Both the position numbers and the translations under genes were made by a program. The notes beneath the pieces were generated by a model. That model had not been told where the DNA came from. It was given only the letters and a program-made list of their open reading frames with translations, and made no database searches. Below, one piece after another: positions 12,155 through 19,916 of a stretch of DNA of 64,000 nt (the first letter of the stretch is position 1; every line of letters begins with the position of its first letter). Source of the DNA: an uncultured delta proteobacterium (GTDB lineage: Bacteria; Desulfobacterota; Binatia; DP-6); NCBI GenBank assembly GCA_963815115.1, contig CAWFFN010000012.1, positions 844,231 to 908,230 on the forward strand, written 5' to 3'.

Positions 12155-13351
12155 ATGGGGAACCAATCCGGTGCGCGCCTTCCGGACGGCACCGAGACGT
12201 TCTCCTTGGTGCGGGGCGACCGGTTCTTTCGCATCCAGCGTGCAATCGGGCTGATTCCGGCCGAGGGCGGGCTCGGCGTCGGTCGGCGGGCGGTGTTTCT
12301 GGCGCTGGTCACCTGGCTGCCGGTCGCGGTGTGGGCGTATCTCACCGGGAGAGCCCTTCCCGGGCGCGTGAACGAGCCGCTGCTGCAGCATTTCGGGGTC
12401 CACGTGCGCTGTCTCGTCGCCATCCCGCTGTTCATCGTCGGCGAAGCGACGGTGCACGCCGCCTCGACGCAGCTCGTGCCGTACTTCCTGTCATCGGGGC
12501 TGGTGCCCGACGACGAGCCAGGGCGCTTCATCGCCATCATCCGACGTACGGCGGCGCTCCGCGACGCATGGCTGCCCTGGGTCCTCATCGCCGGACTCGT
12601 GCTGGCGTGGAACATCGTCCGGCCGATCGAGACGGACGTGCACGAGCTCGACTGGGCGGTCGACGCCGATCGTCACGCGATGGGTTTCGGAGGCTGGTGG
12701 TTCTTCTACGTTGCTCGTCCGATCTTCATGGCGCTTCTGCTCGCGTGGCTCTGGCGCATCCTGCTCCTCGGAACGCTGCTGCGGCGGATCGCGGCGTTGC
12801 CGCTGTCGATCGTTCCCTCGCACCCCGACCGCACGGGCGGCCTGGGGTTCCTCGAGCGGCTTCCCGCCGCGCTCGCCCCCGTCGTCATGGCGATCTCGGC
12901 GGTTCTCGCATCGCGCTGGGGCCATGAGGTGGTCTTTCACGAGGTGTCGCTCGACTCGCTCAAGATGCCGGCGGCGATCTTCCTCGTTGGCATCGCCGGG
13001 CTCGTGCTGGCGCCGCTCATGGCGTTCTCGGGTCCGTTGCGGCGCGCCCGCAAACGCGCGCTGCTCGACTACGGCGCCCTCGTCGGCGAGCAGGGCCGGC
13101 GCGTGCATCGGAAATGGATTCTGCGCCAGCCGGCGGCCGACGACGAGGAGCTGCTGTCCGCTCCGGAGCTCGGTCCGGTGGCCGACACGACCTCGCTCTA
13201 CCAGTCGGTCGAGCACATGCGAACGGCCCCGATCGGGAAGAAGGCGCTGCTCGGCGTGCTGATACCGGCCGTCCTGCCCATGATCGCGGTCGTCGCGATT
13301 CGCATACCGCTCAAACAGGTGCTGCTCACGATCCTGAAGACCCTGGTCTGA
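12155..13351 (+). CDS. conserved multi-pass membrane protein of unknown function
   Basis: Several TM helices. Motifs FSLVRGD, H.R.LVAIPL, P.HPDR.GGLGFL and L..YG.L....W. Confidence 0.7.
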   Translation: MGNQSGARLPDGTETFSLVRGDRFFRIQRAIGLIPAEGGLGVGRRAVFLALVTWLPVAVWAYLTGRALPGRVNEPLLQHFGVHVRCLVAIPLFIVGEATVHAASTQLVPYFLSSGLVPDDEPGRFIAIIRRTAALRDAWLPWVLIAGLVLAWNIVRPIETDVHELDWAVDADRHAMGFGGWWFFYVARPIFMALLLAWLWRILLLGTLLRRIAALPLSIVPSHPDRTGGLGFLERLPAALAPVVMAISAVLASRWGHEVVFHEVSLDSLKMPAAIFLVGIAGLVLAPLMAFSGPLRRARKRALLDYGALVGEQGRRVHRKWILRQPAADDEELLSAPELGPVADTTSLYQSVEHMRTAPIGKKALLGVLIPAVLPMIAVVAIRIPLKQVLLTILKTLV

Positions 13352-13453
13352 ACGCAATCGTCTTGCCAGAGCGTACAACCGCGCCCGCTTGCGCTTTTGC
13401 ATGGTCCCTGCGAACGTCGTGCAGATGGCTCCGGTCATCGAACGGAGGTCACG

Positions 13454-13594
13454 GTGGGCGACAAATCACCCAAGTCGAAAGAGCGCGACCAGAAGCAGAA
13501 ACAGAGCGCCAAGGCAGGAAGCGCCGCTGCCCTCAAGGCGAAGCAGGAAACGCATAGCCATGTCCCGCAGAATCCCCTGAAGGGCAGGAGATAG
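13454..13594 (+). CDS. small basic protein (46 aa, MGDKSPKSKERDQKQKQ...)
   Basis: GGAGGT SD, GTG start, Lys/Gln-rich with purine-rich coding-like composition. Confidence 0.6.
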   Translation: MGDKSPKSKERDQKQKQSAKAGSAAALKAKQETHSHVPQNPLKGRR

Positions 13595-13801
13595 CGCCGC
13601 CGGCCGATGGGATCGACCTAGCGACGTACTGGCGACGTACCGGATTCGTTTGACGGGAGAGCTTAGCGAGCATAAGGTGCGAGGTCGGCCCGACGAGATC
13701 GACGCGTCACCGGCGCCGCGATTCGAAACGCGGCCATATCGCCTCGCAGACATGGCCTCTGCGCGGGCGAGGGCGACCCAGGCCGCGACCGGAGGGACGA
13801 C

Positions 13802-14047
13802 GTGACTGAGGGACAAGCGCGCGAGTGGGTGCACAGGCAGTTGATCGTCGACGAGCTCGACTGCGCGCAACTCGAAGCAGTTTTCACGGTGCTCACGGAG
13901 CGCCCGCCGAACGCGCTCGATCGGCAGAACGGGCTCTTCCGATCTTGTTGTGAGATCGTGCTCGTGTCGGTGCCGGCTGCGCCGCCGACGCACGTGGTCC
14001 CACCGCCTCCGAAGCCGCCCCGGTCTCCCAGGTCGATCGAATCCTGA
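13802..14047 (+). CDS. hypothetical protein
   Basis: GGAGGG SD, GTG start, non-shadow amino-acid composition and a Pro-rich tail. Confidence 0.5.
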   Translation: MTEGQAREWVHRQLIVDELDCAQLEAVFTVLTERPPNALDRQNGLFRSCCEIVLVSVPAAPPTHVVPPPPKPPRSPRSIES

Positions 14048-14137
14048 ACCGGGACCGCGGCAGCTGCTGGCAGGTCGCCGCCGGTGGATTGCCCGCCGTC
14101 CGCTGCATCAGCTTCGGCTGACGCGAGGCCCGGCGGG

Positions 14138-15535
14138 TCAGAGCTGTAGCATGAAGGCGACGAGGTCGTTCTTCTCGTCAGCCGTCAGCTTGACGCCGGC
14201 CACGAGATTGAAGAACTCGACCGTGTCGCCGAGCGTGAGGAGCCTGTCGTCGTGGAGGTAGGGCGGTGAGTCCTTGATGCCACGCAAGGGGAAGGTCTTG
14301 ATCGGCCCGTCGGCGCTGGCCATGATCCCGTTCACCATGCGCGGTTCGTAGAAGCGCTCGAGCTTCAGATTGTGCATGGAGTTGTCGGTGTAGTACGGCG
14401 CGGGATGGCAGCTCGCGCAATTCGCCTTGCCGAAGAAGAGCTCCTGGCCGCGTAGCTCGGACTCGGTCGCCAGCGCCGGATCGAGCTTGCCGTCGATGCC
14501 GAGCTTCGGCGCGGGCGGGAAGTCGAGGATCTCCTGGAACTCGGCCATGAAGTGGACCTGGCTGCCGCGCTCGAGGATGTTCACGCCCTTCTTGGTCGCG
14601 ATCACGGGATCGCCGTCGAAATAGGCGGCGCGCTGCTCGAACTCCGTGAAGTCCTCGACCGTCTTGAGCGCGCGCTGCGACCCGAAGAGCCGCTGGATGT
14701 TCACGCCGCGCAACGAGACGGTATCGATGCGGTGACGGAACTCTTGCGGGCGGATGTCGCCGACCAGGTGAAACGCCGCGTTGGTGTGACCGTTCGCGTG
14801 GCAATCGAAGCACGCGACGCCGCGGCTCGGACGCTCCGAGCGGCGATCCTCGGTCTGGTTGAACTGCTGCTGCGGAAACGGCGTGAGAAGCAGCCGGAGA
14901 CCTTCGATCTGCTTCGGATTCAGGAGGCCGTTGAAGAGCGCGTAGTAGTTGTCGATCGTGACGAGCCGGCCCTTCGACACGTCGCCGAGATCCGGCCGCG
15001 TGGTGAGGTAGATCGGCGGCGGGAACTCGGGCAGGAACTGATCCGGAAGGTCGAAGTCGATGTCGAAGCGCGTGAGGTCGCGTCCCTCCTGCTTGTTGAT
15101 CTCGTCGATCTCGAATTTCGGGAACACCATGCCCCCCTCCTGCTGCTTGACGTGCGGAAGAGGAAGGAAGCCCGCCGGGAAGAGGTCCTTCTGCCGGATG
15201 TCGGCAGGGCTCATCGTCGCGAGGGTGTCCCAGGTGACGCCGCTCGGGAGCTTGACGCGGACGCCGCCCTGCACCGGCTTGCCGCGTGACATCGCGACGC
15301 CCTTCGCGGGCTTGTCGGCGAGGTCGTAGCGCGTGTTCAGGAGGTCAGCCTGCCGCTTCTCGACCTCCTGCTTGGCCGCCCTGAGGGGTGCGCTCAGGCT
15401 CTGGAAGTCCTGGGTGATGTCGACGGGCGCGTAGCTCGAGGTGACCTTGCCCGTCTGCTCCGCGGCGGAGACGAGCGGGATCACGAGCGTGGCGCACCCG
15501 AGCGCTGCAACCCACCGGCGAATGGCTGTCTTCAC
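14138..15535 (-). CDS. secreted di-heme cytochrome c, bCcP/MauG superfamily
   Basis: Signal peptide, two CxxCH (CFDCH, CASCH), KTFPLRGI.DSPPYLHD and terminal EKNDLVAF. AGGAGG SD. Confidence 0.85.
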   Translation of the reverse strand: MKTAIRRWVAALGCATLVIPLVSAAEQTGKVTSSYAPVDITQDFQSLSAPLRAAKQEVEKRQADLLNTRYDLADKPAKGVAMSRGKPVQGGVRVKLPSGVTWDTLATMSPADIRQKDLFPAGFLPLPHVKQQEGGMVFPKFEIDEINKQEGRDLTRFDIDFDLPDQFLPEFPPPIYLTTRPDLGDVSKGRLVTIDNYYALFNGLLNPKQIEGLRLLLTPFPQQQFNQTEDRRSERPSRGVACFDCHANGHTNAAFHLVGDIRPQEFRHRIDTVSLRGVNIQRLFGSQRALKTVEDFTEFEQRAAYFDGDPVIATKKGVNILERGSQVHFMAEFQEILDFPPAPKLGIDGKLDPALATESELRGQELFFGKANCASCHPAPYYTDNSMHNLKLERFYEPRMVNGIMASADGPIKTFPLRGIKDSPPYLHDDRLLTLGDTVEFFNLVAGVKLTADEKNDLVAFMLQL

Positions 15536-15828
15536 TGTTCCTCCTCACGCCCCCGGCCGATCGCCACCGAGACGTCGACCGTCGAGCACTTGCACAGAGT
15601 GCCGCCCCTTGCCGTCGGTACGGATATCCCTGACCTCGGTCATGTCAGAAAAAGTGGTGTGGCACGAGCCACCAGCAATGTCATGCGAGTCCTCTGCGAC
15701 GGTCGGGCCGCCAGGCGGTGGGTCGCCTCCGGTTCGAGCCGCGGCCCGCGATGATGCGGACGCCGACGACGACCGTCGCGCCTCCGGGGCTCGGTTGTCC
15801 GGAGCCCGGGCATTGGTCATATGGTCAT

Positions 15829-16142
15829 ATGCGCAAGACGTCGCTGGCGGACGCCAAGGCTCGGCTCTCGGCCCTGGTGGACGACGCCGAGCACCGGCAC
15901 GCGTCGGCGTGATGCTGCCGGGAATACGTGCCTACGTGGACGCGTTGCTCGCCGGAGCCGCCGTCGTTCCCCTCGGCCGTCGAGCCAGCGGTCAGGCGCG
16001 AGAGAGGGCGATGCGATGGCATCTCCGTGCCGCAGATGCGGTCTATGTCTGGGTGGCTACGCGCGAAGCCATCCCGCTCTGTACCCTCGATCGTGAGCTC
16101 GAGCGCCGCGCGAGCGGTGCGTGCCAGGTCATCGGGCCCTGA
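15829..16142 (+). pseudogene. internally deleted type II toxin-antitoxin relic: Phd/YefM antitoxin N-terminus plus PIN/VapC C-terminus
   Basis: 15829-15912 encodes MRKTSLADAKARLSALVDDAEH (Phd-like) and then stops. About 15900-16142 encodes LRAADAVYVWVA...LCTLDREL (PIN C-half) with no N-terminal D-x-S motif. Confidence 0.75.
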
Positions 16143-16201
16143 GAAGGCTGGCCGCCGCTAGCGAGCCGCGGCCGTACCGGCAATGGACCCGCGGGCCGGG
16201 A

Positions 16202-16229
16202 CCGGAGCAGCCCGGGTCGGCTGCTCCGG
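16202..16229. terminator. perfect 11-bp stem hairpin between convergent genes
   Basis: CCGGAGCAGCC-cgggtc-GGCTGCTCCGG, with a pyrimidine-rich tract further downstream on the + strand. Confidence 0.5.
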
Positions 16230-16244
16230 CCGCCGTTCTCTCTT

Positions 16245-16622
16245 TTACTGCAGCTCGACGGATCGCAGCGCGACCGCGTTGCCGTCGGACAGGGTGAAGG
16301 TGCCGCGCAGCTTGTCGATGCTGCCGGACGCCGTCGCGGAGCACGCCACGGCCGCTCCGCTGGGGATCGAGTTGGCGAAGACGGAGCAGTTGAAGCCCGC
16401 GGGAATGGGCTCGTTGCACGTGCTGGCCACCTGCAACGGGTTGCCGCTCTCGTCGACGATGCTGACCTGGACTGCAATCGTTCGCGTGCTCGGATTGCCG
16501 ATCACGCATTGAGCCGCGCGCTGGGTTGTTGCGCCGAAGATCACGGAGGTGGCGATGGTCTGGGCCGCGTGGGACAGGCCGGACAGGCCGGCAATGACGC
16601 TGAGTGCGAGGGCGATTCTCAT
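16245..16622 (-). CDS. small secreted 4-Cys beta-rich protein (paralog B)
   Basis: Signal peptide ending SHA-AQTI. C..N..TR, C...P..AG..C and ACSA..G....RG shared with the neighbour. AGGAG SD. Confidence 0.75.
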   Translation of the reverse strand: MRIALALSVIAGLSGLSHAAQTIATSVIFGATTQRAAQCVIGNPSTRTIAVQVSIVDESGNPLQVASTCNEPIPAGFNCSVFANSIPSGAAVACSATASGSIDKLRGTFTLSDGNAVALRSVELQ

Positions 16623-16679
16623 TGCGATCTCCTTCCTCTGGGGACCGGTGCGGTTGGCGAGAGAGCTCGGGACGCGCCG

Positions 16680-17078
16680 CTAGCGCATCCGCTCCGCCGC
16701 GACCACCCTCGGGAAGGGAGCGATCTGGCGAATCTCGACGTTTCCGCGCACGTTCTTCGCGCTCCCGCCGATCACGGCCGAGCAGGCGAACGTCACGTCG
16801 TCGTCGAGCTCGCCGACCAGCAGGACGCAGCTGTGCCCTGCAGCCAGCGGCGCCTGGCTGCAGTTCTCGAAGGTCGGCTGGACCGGGGCGGTGTAGTTCA
16901 CCGAGGCGGTCAAGCCCACCGCGACGGGCCGGGTGCCGATGTTGCGAACGTAGCAGGCGGCCGACGTGTTCGTGCTGGTCGGCAGGCCTGCGCTGACGAT
17001 GGTCTGTGCCGCGTGGGCGTACCCGGCGATTCCGAACATCAGGAACGCGACGGCGGTGAGGGGAGTGCGAATCGTCAT
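16680..17078 (-). CDS. small secreted 4-Cys beta-rich protein (paralog A)
   Basis: Signal peptide ending AHA-AQTI and the same Cys pattern as 16245-16622. AAGGAGG SD. Confidence 0.75.
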   Translation of the reverse strand: MTIRTPLTAVAFLMFGIAGYAHAAQTIVSAGLPTSTNTSAACYVRNIGTRPVAVGLTASVNYTAPVQPTFENCSQAPLAAGHSCVLLVGELDDDVTFACSAVIGGSAKNVRGNVEIRQIAPFPRVVAAERMR

Positions 17079-17169
17079 CGAACCTCCTTGGCGAAGAATG
17101 CGGGGGGCTGCGCGCCGCTCCGGAGGACGACTGTCCGGCGCGCCTTGCCCCCTCAGGCTACGTCAGAGA

Positions 17170-17379
17170 GGCGCTACCTCGGGGGTAGCGCGCCGCTACC
17201 CGCGCCTACGGCGTGTGCAGGAAGGCGACCAGGTCGGCGTGGTCCTGGTCCGCCAGATGCAGATCGAATATCTCTCCGATCTCATCGGTACGCCCGCCTT
17301 CGTGGCCGACTCCTCCACCGCATCGGTGACGGGTCGGCGTACCCTGGAGGGCGCTACCGTCCGGGTAGCGAGCCGCTAC
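17170..17379. repeat. two 30-bp imperfect direct repeats, each with an internal palindrome, 180 bp apart
   Basis: GGCGCTACC-N5-GGTAGCG-N-GCCGCTAC at 17170-17199 and 17350-17379. Confidence 0.75.
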
Positions 17380-17556
17380 GACCCGGCGTGGAGCGCTTCC
17401 GGCGTGGTGCCGGCTCGGAGGCAGTGGCCGATCGAGAGCCCGGCCCAGGCGCCAACCGCGCGAGAGAGACGAACCGCCCATCCTGCGCCGCGTCGTTACG
17501 GAGGGGCGCTCAGCTGGTAGAGCGATCGGGCCCGGCTCACTCGGGGGAAAACGGGG

Positions 17557-19209
17557 ATGATTCGCGAAGTCACCGCCGCGCTGCTGCTCTCGTCGCTGCT
17601 CGCACCGCCGATGGCGCTCGCGCAGGTCGCATCGCCGCCGCACATCATCGGCCGGTGGGTGGGACCGAACGTCCCGAAGGTGCAGCCCGACCTGGCGTTC
17701 TGGGGCACCGATCTGGGCTGGACCGTCGAGCACAAGGGCGAGCTACAGATCCTGTTCGGCGACACCGACGAGACGTTCGATTCCGTCTGCTACGGACAGC
17801 TCCACAACGACGACTCGCAGGGCGTGATCCCGCTCCAGCCACCCGCGACGGGCGTTCCACCGCTGACCTTCCTGACCGACCCGAACGATCCGAACGTGCT
17901 GCAACACCTCTTCGTCTTCCGCAACGGCGAGTCCCTGCAGATGGGGTACGGGCAGGTGCCGGTCGGCGCGTACAGCGACGGGCAGAACCTCGTCGCCATC
18001 ATGGGACGCGGCGGAACGATCCCGTGCAATGCGGGAGTCGCCTCGCCCGTGGCCGCGTGCCGGGGGCCGCTCGAGGATCACCCCGCCAGGACGAACTGGA
18101 AGAGCGCCGACGGCCTGCGCTGCTCGCAGAGCGTGGGCGAGTGCATTCCCGCACCGAACGGCATTCCCACCCCGTGCGAGCTCGCGACCGGCGCCGGGTG
18201 CAACCCGGTCCTGCGCGGAGTGTGTACGCCGACGGCGACCGGACTCTGCGTCGACCCCTCGAGCTCGCAGAACGACGGGACCCCGGCCTCCGAGGTCTAC
18301 ACCACCGGAAACGAGATGGAGTTTGCGATCCAGGACCCCGACCAGCGCGGCAACTACGAATCCGTCGCGACCCTGCGCACGAACAAGTTCATCAACCCGA
18401 CCGCGCGCACGGTGAAGCGCTTCACCGGCCGCCCCTCCGGGAGCGACTACGAACCGGGGAGCGGTACGGTGCTCGTCTGGGGCCGCCCGGGATTCAGCGG
18501 CCAGCAGGGCCGGCAGGCGCAGATCTACCTGCTGGCGCACCGACTTCCGATCAAGCGCGCCGGCAACGGGCGCTGGCGCTTCCGGCCCAGGTACTTCGCG
18601 GGGGTGCACAAGCGCACGAACCTCCCCATCTGGTCGCGCGAGCAGCGCAAGGCGAAGCCGCTCGCGCTCGACGGCGTCGTCGGTGGAAGCTCGTTCGAGG
18701 AGCAGCCGCTCGTGAACCAGTTCACGATCAGCTGGGTCGGCGGCTCGATTCGCAAATGGGTGATGCTCTACGGCGGAAACATCGGCGACTACCTGCTGCT
18801 CGATCCCGCTCACTCCCGCCCCGGCGAGGGGCCGGGCTCGGTGCGCATCCGCTTCGCGGATCACCCGTGGGGGCCGTGGTCGCCCGCCAAGCCGCACCTG
18901 CTCGAAGGGTCCCCCGCCGAGGCCGGCACTCCGCTGGGGCCCGGCGGCGTGCTGTTCCATCCGCTGTGCGTCGACCGGCCCGGCGCGCCCTGCGCCCCGA
19001 GTGACCCGATTCGCCCGGTCGACTCGTTCCTGCCTCTCTGCTTCCCGTCCGGGAAGACGTTCGACAACGGGTTCTTCTACGGCGCCAACATCATCGACGC
19101 GTACACCACGTCCGACGGCGCGGGCGGCATGGACGTCTACTGGAACGTGTCGACGTGGAACCCGTACGGCGTGCTGTTCCTGAAGACGAACCTGCGACCC
19201 GGCTCCTGA
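17557..19209 (+). CDS. secreted DUF4185-like beta-propeller protein with Cys-rich insert
   Basis: Signal peptide. N-terminal GTDLGW...ILFGDT, then HPWGPWS and C-terminal YG.NII...YWNVSTWNPY, a pattern typical of DUF4185. Confidence 0.65.
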   Translation: MIREVTAALLLSSLLAPPMALAQVASPPHIIGRWVGPNVPKVQPDLAFWGTDLGWTVEHKGELQILFGDTDETFDSVCYGQLHNDDSQGVIPLQPPATGVPPLTFLTDPNDPNVLQHLFVFRNGESLQMGYGQVPVGAYSDGQNLVAIMGRGGTIPCNAGVASPVAACRGPLEDHPARTNWKSADGLRCSQSVGECIPAPNGIPTPCELATGAGCNPVLRGVCTPTATGLCVDPSSSQNDGTPASEVYTTGNEMEFAIQDPDQRGNYESVATLRTNKFINPTARTVKRFTGRPSGSDYEPGSGTVLVWGRPGFSGQQGRQAQIYLLAHRLPIKRAGNGRWRFRPRYFAGVHKRTNLPIWSREQRKAKPLALDGVVGGSSFEEQPLVNQFTISWVGGSIRKWVMLYGGNIGDYLLLDPAHSRPGEGPGSVRIRFADHPWGPWSPAKPHLLEGSPAEAGTPLGPGGVLFHPLCVDRPGAPCAPSDPIRPVDSFLPLCFPSGKTFDNGFFYGANIIDAYTTSDGAGGMDVYWNVSTWNPYGVLFLKTNLRPGS

Positions 19210-19272
19210 GCTCGACGTGCCGCGGACGACCTCCGAGGGGACAGACGGCGTCGAAACGGATATCCGTCCCCG

Positions 19273-19911
19273 ATGGTCAAGCGGAGCCTCGAATCGATCG
19301 CCGCGACATGCTTCGCCGGACTCCTGGTCTTCCTGCCGGTGGCCCTCACGTTGGGCGTGCTGGCCTGGGTGTTCAGCCTGGTGAACCGGCTCATCGGCCC
19401 GGGCACCGTCGTCGGCAGGCTGTTCGCGACGCTTGGATATCCCGTGACCAGCAATCCGGCTCTGGCGTACGTGTTCGGGGGTCTGGTCCTCCTGGCCGGC
19501 ATCTACGTCCTCGGATTGAGCGTGCAGGCCGGCCTCAAGGGGCACCTGCGCACGCTGGCCGATCGCACGGTGCGCCGCATCCCGCTCGTCGGCAACGTGT
19601 ATGGCGTCGCCGATCGCTTCGTCGGCCTGCTCGACCACCAGCAGGAAGCGGACATCGGGGCCATGAGTCCGGTGTGGTTGTTCTTCGGCGGTGACGGCGC
19701 AGCGGTGCTGGGGCTCGTGCCGAGTCCGAAGCCCATCGACATCGAGGGACGCAGCTACGTGAGCGTGCTCGTTCCTACCGCACCGGTGCCCTTCGGAGGC
19801 GCGCTGCTCTACGTGCCGAGCGCGTGGGTGCGTCCGGCCAACATCGGCGTGGACACGCTGACCGGCATCTACGTCTCGATGGGGATCACGCAGCCGCCCG
19901 CGCTGAAGTGA
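19273..19911 (+). CDS. DUF502 family membrane protein
   Basis: Motifs GLLVFLP..LT, RIPLVG.VY, VLVPTAPVPFGG and .VSMG. Confidence 0.85.
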   Translation: MVKRSLESIAATCFAGLLVFLPVALTLGVLAWVFSLVNRLIGPGTVVGRLFATLGYPVTSNPALAYVFGGLVLLAGIYVLGLSVQAGLKGHLRTLADRTVRRIPLVGNVYGVADRFVGLLDHQQEADIGAMSPVWLFFGGDGAAVLGLVPSPKPIDIEGRSYVSVLVPTAPVPFGGALLYVPSAWVRPANIGVDTLTGIYVSMGITQPPALK

Positions 19912-19916
19912 CCGGC

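Noticed and set aside
17508-17523. GCTCAGCTGGTAGAGC, identical to a common tRNA D-arm
   Set aside because: No anticodon arm, T-loop (GTTCRA) or acceptor stem follows, so it is not a tRNA.
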